From positions 1 through 32,000 of the forward strand of contig ONGJ01000025.1 of NCBI GenBank assembly GCA_900317375.1: a stretch of 32,000 nt of DNA, in the 5' to 3' direction. The notes under the pieces are model-generated. The model saw only the letters and a list, made by a program, of their open reading frames with translations, had not been told where the DNA came from and searched no databases. A program made the translations under genes and the position numbers. The stretch comes from an uncultured Eubacteriales bacterium (GTDB lineage: Bacteria; Bacillota; Clostridia; Oscillospirales; Oscillospiraceae). This document shows positions 1 to 10,104 of the stretch, piece after piece (position 1 is the stretch's first letter; each line of letters opens with the position of its first letter).

Positions 1-623
1 CGCAGGGCCTTTTCCCGGCCGACGCCGCAGCCCGGATTGGAAAGGAAGCAGTTGTGGCCGCATCCGCCGCAATGGGCTTCCTTTTCTGATATGACGAACT
101 TTTCCAGCGGCCGGACCCGGAAAATCCCGCTGCGCTGGCAGACATAGTTCTGTACCCGAAAGCGGTCCAGCAGTTCGGTCAGGAACAGCGGCCCCGTGAT
201 CAGGATGCAGTCGCCTCCGTCCTGCGCCAGCTTCAAAATCAGCGCATCTGCCCGGGCCCTCACCTGCTGCAGGGATTCCGGCTGACGGGGATCGGCCTGC
301 TTCCTCTGTGCGGCGGCCTTTCGCAGCCAGACGGAGACATCGTGCCGCACATCGGTATCGCAGAACGAGTGTACCGTGATTTCGTTCAGCAGCGGTTCGG
401 CAGCCGGGTCGCAGGCTTCCAGCATTCGGGCCGCCGTGTCAGCGGCGAGACCCCCCTCTGCCAGATAAACCCTGCGTCCTGCGGGGTCTATTTTCCGTCC
501 TGCCGGCGGCGGGCAGATTCCGCCTTTCCCTGCACGCTCCCAGGCGGCATCGAATTCCGCCGAATTGTATTTTCCCTCCGGCTGATGCTCCGGTGTTCCG
601 GTGCATACGATCAGTACCTTCAT
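1..623 (-). CDS. hypothetical protein, C-terminal part cut by window edge
   Basis: Manual minus-strand translation from ATG 623-621 stays open to position 1 (MKVLIVCTGTPEHQPEGKYNSAEFDAAWERAG...CGGCGHNCFLSNPGCGVGREKAL). Codon usage is GC-rich like the neighbours. It is absent from the ORF track because it runs off the window. No family recognised. Confidence 0.45.
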   Translation of the reverse strand, partial: MKVLIVCTGTPEHQPEGKYNSAEFDAAWERAGKGGICPPPAGRKIDPAGRRVYLAEGGLAADTAARMLEACDPAAEPLLNEITVHSFCDTDVRHDVSVWLRKAAAQRKQADPRQPESLQQVRARADALILKLAQDGGDCILITGPLFLTELLDRFRVQNYVCQRSGIFRVRPLEKFVISEKEAHCGGCGHNCFLSNPGCGVGREKAL

Positions 624-700
624 GCGTTCCCCTTCCCTGTCGTCGTTTCCGTCATACGATTCAGTATAGCACGAAGTCTTACAAAATTGTATAAATATTC

Positions 701-729
701 TTGCTTTTTTCCCCTGCGTGCGTTATATT
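701..729 (+). promoter_or_regulatory. candidate sigma-A promoter of the ABC transporter/araA operon
   Basis: TTGCTT (701-706), 17 nt spacer, TATATT (724-729). GGAGGAAAG RBS lies before ATG 776. The palindrome TACAA-AA-TTGTA at 680-691 just upstream could be an operator. Confidence 0.35.
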
Positions 730-775
730 ATGAACAAAGCCTGAACGGCTACACTAAGAAAACGGAGGAAAGTAA

Positions 776-2053
776 ATGAAGACCATGAAAAAAGCCCTGG
801 CGCTGATCATCGTCCTGACTCTCATGCTGAGTCTGTCCGCCACATCCTTTGCGGCGAAAGACGATCCGATCAAAATCGGCATCTCCATCTGGAGCTCCAC
901 GGACACCCTCGGCAGCGAAGTGAAACGCATGATCGACGCGGCCGCCGAAACCCTCGGCGTTGAGACCACATGGGTTGACCAGGCCCACATCTCCGAGCAG
1001 GTAACTGCTTCCGCCGAGACCCTTGCCCTCGCCGACTGCGACGGCATCATCATCTGCAACTCCGCTTCCGCGGAGATGGGCTCCGTCATCAAGACCTGCG
1101 ACGAGAATGAGATGTATGTTGCTCAGTTCTTCCGCGTGATCGATCCGGAAGCCAACCCTGACGAATATAAGATGGCCTGCGAGTCCCCGTACTATGTCGG
1201 CGCCGTGCATGAGTCCGAGGTTGACAACGGCAAGACCCTCGTCACCATCCTTGGTCAGCAGGGCCACCGCAAGATCGGTCTGGAAGGCTGGGAGCCGGGC
1301 GACGCCACCTTCCTGGGCCGCTGGGAAGGCTACAAGGCCGGCGTTGAGGCCTGGAACGAAGAGCATCCCGATGACAAGCTCGAGCTTCTTGAGCCCCAGT
1401 ACGGCGGCACCACCACCGACACCGGCCGCAAGACCGCAGAGGCCATTATCCAGGCCAATCCCGACATCGACTCTCTGATCGTTGCCGGCGGCGGCGGTGA
1501 TGTTCTGGTCGGCGCCAATGCCGCGATCGAGGCTCTGGGCCTCGTCGGCAAGGTTCAGACCGTTTCCACCGACTTCCTGCCCGATCTGGATGTCAAGCTG
1601 GAGAACGGCACCATGGCGGCGGAGTCCGGCGGTCACTACGCCGACCCGTTCTTTGCCTTCCTGCTGGTCTACAATGCCATCAAGGGCAACTATGAGGTTC
1701 CCACAGACGGTTTCTATGAGATGCTCTTCCCGTACATGTTTGTTGACTCTCCGGAAAGCTATGCCAACTATGCCCAGTATTTCACCGGCACCGAGCTTCC
1801 GTACTACTCCGATGAAATCGCCGAGCTCGCTGACATGGACTTTGATGCTCTGAAGAAGACGTCGTCGCCCGCCACGCAAAATAATCACAAAGTACTTGAG
1901 GGATGCGGGTCTTTGACCCGCACCCTTTTTTTAAGGAGGGAAGTGGCAAAACCATGTCGAAAACACTTGAGAAGTGGAAGGGCACCCGGACCTATGGCCT
2001 GTGTCTGCTGCTCGCGATGCTTCTGTTCTTCTATCTTGTCTTCAAAATCCTGA
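776..2053 (+). CDS. sugar ABC transporter substrate-binding protein (periplasmic-binding-protein fold); 3' end probably frameshifted or read through
   Basis: Signal-peptide-like N-terminus MKTMKKALALIIVLTLMLSLSATSFA. Operon context with two permeases, an ATPase and araA. The ORF lacks a stop where the domain ends (about 1860-1885) and runs through a terminator hairpin into the next gene. Confidence 0.7.
   Translation: MKTMKKALALIIVLTLMLSLSATSFAAKDDPIKIGISIWSSTDTLGSEVKRMIDAAAETLGVETTWVDQAHISEQVTASAETLALADCDGIIICNSASAEMGSVIKTCDENEMYVAQFFRVIDPEANPDEYKMACESPYYVGAVHESEVDNGKTLVTILGQQGHRKIGLEGWEPGDATFLGRWEGYKAGVEAWNEEHPDDKLELLEPQYGGTTTDTGRKTAEAIIQANPDIDSLIVAGGGGDVLVGANAAIEALGLVGKVQTVSTDFLPDLDVKLENGTMAAESGGHYADPFFAFLLVYNAIKGNYEVPTDGFYEMLFPYMFVDSPESYANYAQYFTGTELPYYSDEIAELADMDFDALKKTSSPATQNNHKVLEGCGSLTRTLFLRREVAKPCRKHLRSGRAPGPMACVCCSRCFCSSILSSKS
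1901..1932 (+). terminator. intra-operon rho-independent-like hairpin after the binding-protein gene
   Basis: GGATGCGGGTC-TTTG-ACCCGCACCC followed by a run of seven T. Attenuators after the binding-protein gene are typical of ABC operons. Confidence 0.5.
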
Positions 2054-2856
2054 CTCCGAGCAATTTCGGATCTCCCAGCAATCTGTATGCCTATCTGCAG
2101 TCCTCCATCATCTATTCGGTCGGCGGCTGCGGTCTGTACTTCATCGTCGTGATGGGGCTGTTTGACTTCGCCGTCGGCGCGAACATCGTGCTGTCCTCCA
2201 TTGTCGGCGTCATTCTTTCCAAGCACTTCGGCTATGCCGGATTTATTCTCGGCTGCCTCGGCTGCGGCACGCTGATCGGCTTTCTGATCGGCATGATCTA
2301 CAACAATCTGAACGTCCCGTCGATGATCGTCACGGTCGGCCTGATGCTGATCTTCGAAAGCATCGCGGTCTATGTCGCGGGCGGTGTCAAGCAGACCCTG
2401 GACGAAGGTCTTCGCTTTTTCTCGGGCGCACCCGGCAACATCATTCTGGCGGTCCTGGCCTTCCTGCTGATGTATTTTATCCTGAACTATACAAAGATCG
2501 GAACCTACTGCAGCGCCATCGGCTCAAACGAGTTTGTCGCGAAGAACATGGGCATCAATGTCCGGAAGTATAAGCTGATCGGCTTCATGCTTCTGCACTT
2601 CTTGGCCCTGACCGGCATGAGCACCATGAGCCGCAACTTCCAGCCTCTGATGGGCACGTTTTTTGGCGTGGCATTCCGTAAATATAACATGCCGATCACG
2701 GCAATCGTCATCGGCGAGTTTATCATCTCGATCATCTTCAACGGCTTTGTCGCTCTCGGCGCTCCGACAACCATTCAGAACGTCGTCACCGGTGCAGCCC
2801 TGCTGATCATCGTTACCCTGACCGCCCGCGGTGCCAAGGGCAGCGTGGTAAAGTGA
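1954..2856 (+). CDS. sugar ABC transporter permease (RbsC/AraH-like)
   Basis: Polytopic hydrophobic protein. AAGGAGG at 1933-1939 precedes ATG 1954. The ATG at 1903 used by the ORF track lies inside the terminator hairpin. Confidence 0.8.
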   Translation: MSKTLEKWKGTRTYGLCLLLAMLLFFYLVFKILTPSNFGSPSNLYAYLQSSIIYSVGGCGLYFIVVMGLFDFAVGANIVLSSIVGVILSKHFGYAGFILGCLGCGTLIGFLIGMIYNNLNVPSMIVTVGLMLIFESIAVYVAGGVKQTLDEGLRFFSGAPGNIILAVLAFLLMYFILNYTKIGTYCSAIGSNEFVAKNMGINVRKYKLIGFMLLHFLALTGMSTMSRNFQPLMGTFFGVAFRKYNMPITAIVIGEFIISIIFNGFVALGAPTTIQNVVTGAALLIIVTLTARGAKGSVVK

Positions 2857-2865
2857 GGTGCCGGA

Positions 2866-4410
2866 ATGAGTAACAACGTGAATCTGCAGAAACCTGCACA
2901 GAAGCACGAAGGCGGGAATACGCCGCTGCTCATCGCAGAGCATATTGACAAGCAGTTCGGCATCACCCATGCCGTCAACGACGTCTCTCTTACCATCGAC
3001 GCCGGGGAGGTCCGCGGTCTGATCGGCGAAAACGGCTCCGGCAAGAGCACCTTTTCCCAGATGCTCTGCGGCATCTATTCCATCGGCGGCGGCAGCTTTA
3101 CTCTCGACGGTCAGCCACTGCATCCGAAGAATCAGGTTGAGGCGAACAACGCCGGTGTTGCCATCATCGTGCAGGAGATGGGTACGCTCTCCGGCCTCAC
3201 GGTGGCGGAGAACATCTTTTTCGGTCACGAAGAGCCCTTCATGCATCTCGGCGTCAAGAACACCGGGGCCATGAACCGCGAGGCCCAGCGCCTGCTGAAC
3301 GAATACGGCTTCGGGCGTATCAAGGCCTCGGACATGATCGACCGCTACAATTTTGAGGACCGCAAGCTGGTCGAGATCGTCAAGGCCACCTATATGAAGC
3401 CGAAAATCCTGGTGGTTGACGAGACGACCACCGCGCTTTCCCAGAACGGCCGTCAGGAGCTCTATAAAATCGTCGACGCGATCCGCGCCGACGGCAGAAC
3501 CGTCATCTTCATCAGCCACGACCTGAACGAGGTCATGGAGCATACGGACAGCATTTCCGTCCTGCGTGACGGCGAGTTCGTCGGAACCTTCCGCACAGCC
3601 GATACCTCCGAGGACCAGCTCAAGCGCTACATGGTCGGCCGTGAGATCGGCTCTGCCTACTACCGTGCCGACTACGGCGAGAAGGTCTCGGACGAGGTGG
3701 TCCTTACCGTGGACAATGTCAGCGTCCCCGGCGAAATCAGCAACATCAGCTTCCAGCTCCATCGCGGGGAAATTCTCGGCTTCGGCGGACTTTCCGAGTG
3801 CGGCATGCACGAGGTCGGCAAGGCGATTTTTGCCGCCTCCTGGGACCGCACGGGAAGCGTGAAGCTGGCCGACGGCACCGCCATCAACGACATCCCCACC
3901 GCCATCCGCAAGTCCATCGCCTATACGTCAAAGAACCGTGACAACGAATCCGTCATCGTCAACGAGTCCATCCGCAACAACATCGTTCTCCCGTCCATTG
4001 AGGACCTCGCCAACCACGGAATTCTGAACAACCGGAAGCTCACGGCTTTTGCTGACAAGTATGCAAAGGACATGCAGACAAAGATGACCGGCGTCAATCA
4101 GTTTGTCTCGGACCTCTCCGGCGGCAACAAGCAGAAGGTCGTCCTGGCCCGCTGGCTCGGCAAGGGAAGCGACATTCTGGTGCTCGACTCGCCGACCCGC
4201 GGCATCGACATCGGTGTGAAGCAGGCGATCTACGCCCTGATGGATGACATGCGAAAGCAGGGGAAATCCATCATCATGATTTCGGAAGAAATCCCTGAGC
4301 TCCTTGGTATGGCCGACCGCATCATCGTCATGAAGGACGGCACCATCAGCGGAGAATTCATGCGCGATCCGGCTCTGAGCGAAGAAGACCTGATCGCAAA
4401 AATGGTATAA
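2866..4410 (+). CDS. sugar ABC transporter ATP-binding protein with two fused ABC domains
   Basis: Walker [10 protein letters not shown] in domain 1, LSGGNKQKV signature in domain 2, 514 aa. This is the typical RbsA/MglA/AraG architecture. Confidence 0.9.
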   Translation: MSNNVNLQKPAQKHEGGNTPLLIAEHIDKQFGITHAVNDVSLTIDAGEVRGLIGENGSGKSTFSQMLCGIYSIGGGSFTLDGQPLHPKNQVEANNAGVAIIVQEMGTLSGLTVAENIFFGHEEPFMHLGVKNTGAMNREAQRLLNEYGFGRIKASDMIDRYNFEDRKLVEIVKATYMKPKILVVDETTTALSQNGRQELYKIVDAIRADGRTVIFISHDLNEVMEHTDSISVLRDGEFVGTFRTADTSEDQLKRYMVGREIGSAYYRADYGEKVSDEVVLTVDNVSVPGEISNISFQLHRGEILGFGGLSECGMHEVGKAIFAASWDRTGSVKLADGTAINDIPTAIRKSIAYTSKNRDNESVIVNESIRNNIVLPSIEDLANHGILNNRKLTAFADKYAKDMQTKMTGVNQFVSDLSGGNKQKVVLARWLGKGSDILVLDSPTRGIDIGVKQAIYALMDDMRKQGKSIIMISEEIPELLGMADRIIVMKDGTISGEFMRDPALSEEDLIAKMV

Positions 4411-4417
4411 GGAGGCG

Positions 4418-5389
4418 ATGAAGATGCAGAAAAACAACAATCAGGAACCCTCCAAGTTCCGCGCTTTTCTCAGCAGCGACACCTTTAAGGGCCTGCTGCC
4501 CTTCATCGGCTTTGTTGTCATCGTTGTGGTCATGAATATTCTGACCGAGGGAAAGATTCTGACGCCCAAACGCATCCGCCTGCTGCTTTCCCAGGTCTAT
4601 TATCCGATGATCGTTGCCACCGGTGTCTTCTTTATCATGACGCTCGGTTCCATTGACTTTACCGAGGGCTCGACCCTTGGCCTTGCTTCCATCGTCATCA
4701 GCAAGCTGTCCTTTATCAGCATTCCCCTGGCGATTCTCGGCGGTGTCCTCACCGGTGCTGCCATCGGTGCCATCAACGGTTTCTTCCACGTGAAGTTCAA
4801 GCTCCAGAGCTTTATCACCACGATCTGCACCATGTTTCTTTTCCGCGGTGTCTGTGCCTATCTGACGACGGAGAGCGCCGTGCCGGCCAGCACCGAGATC
4901 AAGGCGCTGGATCTGAACTGGCTGAAGATCACCATTACCGTCGCCGTACTGCTTATCGCCTGGTTCCTCTTCCGCTTTACCCGTATCGGCAACGACGTGA
5001 AGGCCATCGGCTCCGGCGAGACTGCAGCCCGCTTCTCCGGTGTAAAGACGGACCGCGTGAAGTTCCTCGTCTTCGTTGCGGCAGGTGCCCTTACCGGCAT
5101 TGCAGCTTTCGTTAACGTCATCAAGGTCGGTTCCATTACCGCCACCGCAGGAAGTCAGCTGGAAACCCAGATTCTCATCGCGCTGGTCCTCGGCGGCCTG
5201 CCCATCACCGGCGGCGCCAAGGTGCGTTTCTCGAACATCATCGTCGGCACCCTGATGTACACCGTCCTCAACAACGGCCTTGTCATGCTGGGCTATGAAA
5301 CCCAGACCCAGCAGCTCATCAAGGGCATCATCTTCCTGGTGTTCGTCGCGCTGACCATCGACCGCAAGGCGCTGAAGGTCATCAAATAA
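4418..5389 (+). CDS. sugar ABC transporter permease (second membrane component)
   Basis: Hydrophobic, about 320 aa, RbsC-family-like. AAGGAGG at 4409-4415 favours ATG 4424 as the real start over 4418. Confidence 0.8.
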   Translation: MKMQKNNNQEPSKFRAFLSSDTFKGLLPFIGFVVIVVVMNILTEGKILTPKRIRLLLSQVYYPMIVATGVFFIMTLGSIDFTEGSTLGLASIVISKLSFISIPLAILGGVLTGAAIGAINGFFHVKFKLQSFITTICTMFLFRGVCAYLTTESAVPASTEIKALDLNWLKITITVAVLLIAWFLFRFTRIGNDVKAIGSGETAARFSGVKTDRVKFLVFVAAGALTGIAAFVNVIKVGSITATAGSQLETQILIALVLGGLPITGGAKVRFSNIIVGTLMYTVLNNGLVMLGYETQTQQLIKGIIFLVFVALTIDRKALKVIK

Positions 5390-5403
5390 CAGGGAGGAAC
5401 CAT

Positions 5404-6870
5404 ATGAAAAACTATGAATTCTGGTTTGTGGTAGGCAGTCAGTTTCTCTACGGGCCCGAGGTTCTGGAGACCGTAGAGGCCCGCGCCCGGGAGATGGCGC
5501 AGGAGCTGAGCCTGTCCCTGCCGTTTCCGCTTGTCTACAAGGTGACCGCCAAGACGAGCGATGAAATCACCCGTGTCGTGAAAGAGGCCAATTACCGCGA
5601 GGAGTGCGCCGGGATCATCACCTGGTGCCACACCTTCTCCCCGTCCAAAATGTGGCTCACCGGCCTTGATCTGCTGCAGAAGCCCTGGTGTCATCTGGCC
5701 ACGCAGTATAATCAGGCGATTCCGAACGAAGAGATCGACATGGACTTCATGAATCTGAACCAGGCCGCCCACGGCGACCGGGAACACGGATTCATCGGCG
5801 CCCGTCTGCGCAAGCCGCGCAAGATCATCGCAGGCTTCTGGACGGACGCTTCGGTCCGCAGCCGCCTCGGCGCCTGGATGCGCACGGCGGTCGGCGTCGC
5901 CGTCTCCCGCGAGATGCGCGTCATGCGCTTCGGCGACAACATGCGCGACGTGGCCGTCACCGAAGGCGACAAGATCGAGGCTCAGAAAAAGCTTGGCTGG
6001 CAGGTCAACACCTGGGCGGTCGGCGATCTCGTCAAAGAGATGAACGCCGTCACCGAGGCCGAAATTGATGCGCTTGTAAAAGAGTATGAGGCATCCTACG
6101 ACATCGCAACAGACAATACGGCTGCCATCCGCTATCAGGCCAAAGAAGAAATTGCCATCAAACGCATGATGGACCACGAGGGCTGCAAAGCCTTTGCCAA
6201 CACCTTCCAGGATCTCTACGGCATGGAGCAGCTCCCCGGCCTGGCCAGCCAGCACCTGATGGCGCTGGGCTACGGCTACGGCGGCGAGGGGGACTGGAAG
6301 GTCTCTGCCATGACAGCCATTCTGAAAGCGATGGGAGAAGGCGGAAACGGGGCCTCCGGTTTTATGGAGGATTATACCTACCACCTGATCGAGGGCCAGG
6401 AGTATTCCCTCGGCGCGCATATGCTCGAGGTCTGCCCGAGTCTTGCAGCCGACAAACCCCGGATCGAAACCCATCATCTGGGCATCGGCATGAACGAAAA
6501 AGACCCGGCACGTCTGGTCTTTGAGGGCAAGGCCGGCCCCGCCATCGTCGTAAGTCTCATTGACATGGGCGGCCGCCTGCGCCTGATCGTGCAGGATATC
6601 GAATGCGTAAAGCCCATTCTCCCGATGCCGAATCTTCCGGTTGCCCGCGTCATGTGGCGTGCCATGCCGGACCTGACCACCGGTGTGGAATGCTGGATCA
6701 CGGCAGGCGGCGCACACCATACCGTGCTGAGCTATGATGTCAGCGCGGAGATGATGCGCGACTGGGCGCGGATCATGGACATCGAGTTTGTCCATATCTC
6801 AAAAGATACGCTTCCCGAAAAGCTCGAGGAAGAGCTCCTGGTCAAGGATCTCATCTGGAAGCTCCGCTGA
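5404..6870 (+). CDS. araA: L-arabinose isomerase
   Basis: 488 aa. N-terminus MKNYEFWFVVGSQFLYGPEVLETV and overall length are characteristic of AraA. GGAGGA RBS upstream. Confidence 0.9.
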   Translation: MKNYEFWFVVGSQFLYGPEVLETVEARAREMAQELSLSLPFPLVYKVTAKTSDEITRVVKEANYREECAGIITWCHTFSPSKMWLTGLDLLQKPWCHLATQYNQAIPNEEIDMDFMNLNQAAHGDREHGFIGARLRKPRKIIAGFWTDASVRSRLGAWMRTAVGVAVSREMRVMRFGDNMRDVAVTEGDKIEAQKKLGWQVNTWAVGDLVKEMNAVTEAEIDALVKEYEASYDIATDNTAAIRYQAKEEIAIKRMMDHEGCKAFANTFQDLYGMEQLPGLASQHLMALGYGYGGEGDWKVSAMTAILKAMGEGGNGASGFMEDYTYHLIEGQEYSLGAHMLEVCPSLAADKPRIETHHLGIGMNEKDPARLVFEGKAGPAIVVSLIDMGGRLRLIVQDIECVKPILPMPNLPVARVMWRAMPDLTTGVECWITAGGAHHTVLSYDVSAEMMRDWARIMDIEFVHISKDTLPEKLEEELLVKDLIWKLR

Positions 6871-6903
6871 CGTCTCCGGCGGAATCCGCCGGCTGACCGC
6901 ACG

Positions 6904-6958
6904 ATCTGCCGACAGTTTTCTCTGCCCTTGAGGGAGAAAAACTGCCGGCAGATTTTTG
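6904..6958 (+). terminator. rho-independent terminator after araA
   Basis: Long imperfect hairpin ATCTGCCGACAGTTTTCTC...GAGAAAAACTGCCGGCAGAT followed by TTTTT. Confidence 0.55.
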
Positions 6959-6986
6959 ATCGCCGGAAGAAATAAAAAAAGCACCC

Positions 6987-7015
6987 TTGACAAATTCCGG
7001 TATTGGGACTATACT
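6987..7015 (+). promoter_or_regulatory. consensus-like promoter of tRNA-Pro
   Basis: TTGACA (6987-6992), 17 nt spacer, TATACT (7010-7015), about 22 nt upstream of the tRNA. Confidence 0.55.
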
Positions 7016-7037
7016 CTACAGGCTTGAAAGCGCATTT

Positions 7038-7113
7038 CCGGGTGTAGCGCAGATGGTAGCGCGCTTGAATGGGGTTCAAGAGGCCGCTGGTTCAAATCCA
7101 GTCACTCGGACCA
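7038..7113 (+). tRNA. tRNA-Pro (anticodon GGG)
   Basis: Hand-folded cloverleaf. Acceptor CCGGGTG/CACTCGG (one G-U pair), D stem GCGC/GCGC, anticodon stem CTTGA/TCAAG with loop ATGGGGT. T arm GCTGG-TTCAAAT-CCAGT, discriminator A, encoded CCA. Confidence 0.85.
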
Positions 7114-7155
7114 AAACGCTGAAATCGTTGGTGATTTCAGCGTTTTCTTTTTATT
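7069..7155 (+). repeat. attL: 87-bp direct repeat (tRNA-Pro anticodon loop to 3' end plus terminator)
   Basis: Identical over 87 nt to 19387-19473 by manual alignment. Confidence 0.85.
7116..7152 (+). terminator. rho-independent terminator of tRNA-Pro (inside the att repeat)
   Basis: ACGCTGAAATC-GTTGGT-GATTTCAGCGT followed by TTTCTTTTT. It is duplicated at 19434-19470. Confidence 0.6.
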
Positions 7156-7171
7156 TTTTGGACTTTTCAGG

Positions 7172-7369
7172 AACGCTTGATTTTTGAAGAATGAAGGAGG
7201 AATCAAGCGTGCTGGGAAAAAACCGCATTCAAAAGAATCAAGCGTGTCGTTGGAAGAGTCAAATAATCCCATCTGTTCAGAAAAATCAATGTTTTATTAA
7301 AAAAACCTTTGAGGCAGAAGGGAGGATTCAAGCGTGTCAAATAGAAAACGGATTTTGGTCAATTCAAGC
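7172..7369 (+). promoter_or_regulatory. five copies of the motif AWTCAAGCGYG between attL and the integrase 5' end (candidate arm-type or regulatory sites)
   Basis: ACGCTTGATT (7172, inverted), AATCAAGCGTG (about 7200 and 7235), ATTCAAGCGTG (about 7325, containing the integrase GTG start), ATTCAAGCGCG (about 7359). The first two form a 10-bp hairpin around an AAGGAGG. Confidence 0.4.
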
Positions 7370-8293
7370 GCGTCTGTAAAGGAACAATTCAAGAGTTTCC
7401 TTATAGCAAAGAAGGCAAAAGGGCTTGCTGATAAGACTTTGGCTACTTACGAGCAACATCTTTCAGCGATTGGAAAACATCTTGATTTAATGACAAGCGT
7501 CGAAAATCTAAATACGAACGATTTGGAATCTATGGTTAGTTCCATGCGAGACGATGGGCTTTCTCCTAACACTATCAAAAGTTACACAAACACACTCAAA
7601 TCTTTTTTCTCCTGGTGCAATGAAGAAGGTATCACAAATTTAACAATCACTCGCTATAAAGCAGAAGAGACTGTAAAAGAAACATATACTGACAGCGAAT
7701 TGGAGATTTTGCTGAAAAAGCCAAATCTCCGCAAATGCAAGTTCTCCGAATATCGTAATTGGGTCATTATCTGCCTTTTGGTGAATAACGGTTGTCGCGC
7801 TGCATCTGTCCGTAATATCAAAATAAAGGACTTGGACCTTGAGGGACGAATTATTTATCTTCGGCACACTAAGAATAAGAAAACACAGATTATTCCTCTA
7901 TGTGATACTCTATGCGTAACATTAAAGGAATATCTGCGTATCCGAAACGGTGAAGCTGACGATTATCTGTTCCCAAATGAGTTTGGAGAGCAGCTTTCAG
8001 AAAATGGCCTGCGCTGCACCATAGCCAAGTATAACAAGAAGCGCGGCGTTCAGAAAACTAGTCTCCATATGTTCAGGCACACCTTTGCTAGAAAGTATCT
8101 TGTGGATTGTGGAGGAAATGCTTTTACGCTTCAACATTTACTTGGCCATTCAACCCTTGATATGACAAAGCATTACTGTGCCATTTTTGACGCTGATATC
8201 TCCAAGAATTTTGAAAACTACTCCCCTCTGGCACAAATACAGAATAATAAAAGTAAGATTTCTATGAAATGCAAAAAAACGAGAACAGTATGA
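7334..8293 (+). CDS. tyrosine-type site-specific integrase (phage integrase family)
   Basis: GTG start 8 nt after GGAGGA. SAM-like N-terminal domain. C-terminal catalytic motifs ...LHMFRHTFARKYL...LLGHSTLDMTKHY. TGA stop. Confidence 0.9.
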   Translation: MSNRKRILVNSSASVKEQFKSFLIAKKAKGLADKTLATYEQHLSAIGKHLDLMTSVENLNTNDLESMVSSMRDDGLSPNTIKSYTNTLKSFFSWCNEEGITNLTITRYKAEETVKETYTDSELEILLKKPNLRKCKFSEYRNWVIICLLVNNGCRAASVRNIKIKDLDLEGRIIYLRHTKNKKTQIIPLCDTLCVTLKEYLRIRNGEADDYLFPNEFGEQLSENGLRCTIAKYNKKRGVQKTSLHMFRHTFARKYLVDCGGNAFTLQHLLGHSTLDMTKHYCAIFDADISKNFENYSPLAQIQNNKSKISMKCKKTRTV

Positions 8294-8375
8294 AACATCT
8301 TTCAGCATCTTTTGAATATCTTTGAACATAACAGAACATCTTTTAGCATCTTTCCATCATTTTTGAACATCTCTA
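8294..8375 (+). repeat. array of about 8 degenerate 10-11-bp repeats (GAACATCTTT / AGCATCTTTT), cluster 1; includes the 23-bp direct repeat 8294-8316
   Basis: Units start at roughly 8294, 8304, 8314, 8324, 8334, 8345, 8356 and 8365. AACATCTTTCAGCATCTTTTGAA recurs at 12521-12543. Confidence 0.55.
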
Positions 8376-9019
8376 AAGAAAACAAAAACCGCTCTGAACA
8401 TTTCCTGAAGCATTTTTAAATCCAGGAGACAGTCAGAGCGGTTGTTTATGAGGCAATGAGATGAAATGTGTATTTTCAAAACTCTTGAGCGGAAGTGAAA
8501 ACAGCGAAGCAGCCAGACTTTCAGCGCGACGACAGGTTATTTTTCTTCCTCGTCTTCGTTATCGTTTTGTATTCAATGGGACAAAAGGAAATCTCAGGAA
8601 ATAGGAATAAAAGTGAAGTCGTGGTCGTATGCGAAATCATCAGCAGTGCTTCCTGCCTTTCCAAATATAACAAGTTCCTGTATATCACCAAAAGCATTAC
8701 TATCAATCGTGGTTGTTTCATTTGGAATGTAGATATACCTGAGATTGGGACAGTTAGCAAATGCAAAAGGTCCGACATACTCTGTCTGCTCCGAAAGCTT
8801 CACATAGCGAAATGCTCCACCAGAAAAAGCGTCTTCACTTAATATCTTCAAGGATGCTGGCAAAAAAATGTCAGGAGTTGGAGTAATCAATGTGACACCT
8901 TTGTCAAATTCAATAATTGTAGTAGAACTAGTAATGATGGTTCCAGGTTCTTTGTAGCGAACAATTGACCCCGAAATTTCTGGCTGTGTGTTATGGACAA
9001 GTGCAAATAGCTTTGGGCA

Positions 9020-9800
9020 ATTACTAATGTCCAAGGTTTCAATATTATTAGAAAAACAGTATAACCGTCGCAGGAAGGTACAAAAACTGACATCTAGGCT
9101 TGTCAATTGATTTTCAACACAGGATAAAGAAGTCAGTGCACTATTATTGTTAATATTTAAAACTGTCAACTGATTATAATCACAGACTAATGAAGTTAGT
9201 GCAGTGTTGTTGCTGACATCTAGGCTTGTCAGTTGATTTTCCATACAATCCAGAGAGTTCAGAACAGTGTTATTGCTGACATCTAGGCTTGTCAGCTGAT
9301 TGTTATAACAATTCAGAGAAGTTAGTGCAGTGTTATTGCTGACATTCAGGCTTGTCAGTGGATTTTGTTATTGCTGACATTCAGGCTTGTCAGTGGATTT
9401 GAAGAACAATTAAGAGCCGTCAGTGCGGTGTTATTGCTGACATCTAAGCTTGTAAGTTGATTTCCAAAACAATCCAAGGAAGTCAGCACAGTATTGTTCC
9501 CGACATCTAGGTTTGTAAGTTGGTTGCTAGAACAATCCAAGGAAGTCAGCGCAGTATTATTCCTGACATCTAATCTTGTCAGTTGGTTATTAGGACAATA
9601 CAGAGAAATCAAAGCAGTGTTGTTGCTTACATCTAATCTTGTCAGCTGGTTCCTTGTACAATACAGGGCAGTCAAAGCAGTATTGTTGCTTACGTCTAAT
9701 CTTGTCAGTTGATTACCATAGCAATATAGAGAGGTCAGTGCAGTATTGTTGCTTACATCTAATCTTGTCAGCTGATTATTTCCACAAGATAAATTAGTTA
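9020..9800 (-). repeat. 66-bp in-frame tandem repeats encoding the LRR units
   Basis: Repeated ...GTTATTGCTGACATCTAGGCTTGTCAG... units are visible on the + strand. The period matches the 22-aa LRR. Confidence 0.8.
9331..9400. repeat. perfect 35-bp tandem duplication (9331-9365 = 9366-9400) causing the LRR frameshift
   Basis: TGTTATTGCTGACATTCAGGCTTGTCAGTGGATTT occurs twice back to back. 35 nt is not a multiple of 3, and a TGA follows immediately in the shifted frame. Confidence 0.9.
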
Positions 9801-10104
9801 ATGATGTAAAAAACTCGATTCCTTTAAGAGACGATAATCCACTTTTATTTAGGGAAATACTCCTGCTTCTAGAGATTTCAGTTTCACTCAGTTTTCCATT
9901 ACCGTCTCTGTCACAGTTCACTGACACATAATTACGGAAAACACTATCAGGGAAATTTGTCTCATTGATGTCAACATCATCAGCGAAAGCAGTGGGCGTA
10001 AGAATGAAAATGAATACCAGGCAAAACGACAATAGAACAAAAGGCAATGATTTCTTCATAATAAGACACCTCTGTTTTTGTTCTTAAAAATATCGATTTT
10101 TCAT

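Larger units (their letters stand above)
8594..10059 (-). pseudogene. secreted leucine-rich-repeat surface protein (22-aa LRRs plus BspA-like C-terminal repeats), frameshifted
   Basis: Signal peptide MKKSLPFVLLSFCLVFIFILTPTAFA. More than 10 repeats of LDVSNNTALTSLxCxxNQLTx. ORFs 9355-10059 and 8594-9367 are the same gene in two frames, split by a 35-bp tandem duplication. Confidence 0.8.

Noticed and set aside
749-6795. Long antisense or alternative-frame ORFs over the ABC/araA operon (for example 749-1888 minus, 2524-3810 minus, 5293-6795 minus)
   Set aside because: These are shadow ORFs typical of GC-rich coding DNA. Their translations are low-complexity (rich in A, G, R, V and D) and overlap genes with clear family motifs on the other strand.
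7191-7379. 62-aa ORF upstream of, and overlapping, the integrase start
   Set aside because: Its sequence is dominated by translation of the repeated AWTCAAGCGYG motif (ESSV, NQAC, IQAC, IQAR). It is most likely a by-product of the regulatory repeats.
9020-9800. The regular 66-bp repeats could be mistaken for a CRISPR array
   Set aside because: The repeats are contiguous with no unique spacers. They are in frame and translate to canonical 22-aa leucine-rich repeats. No cas genes are present.
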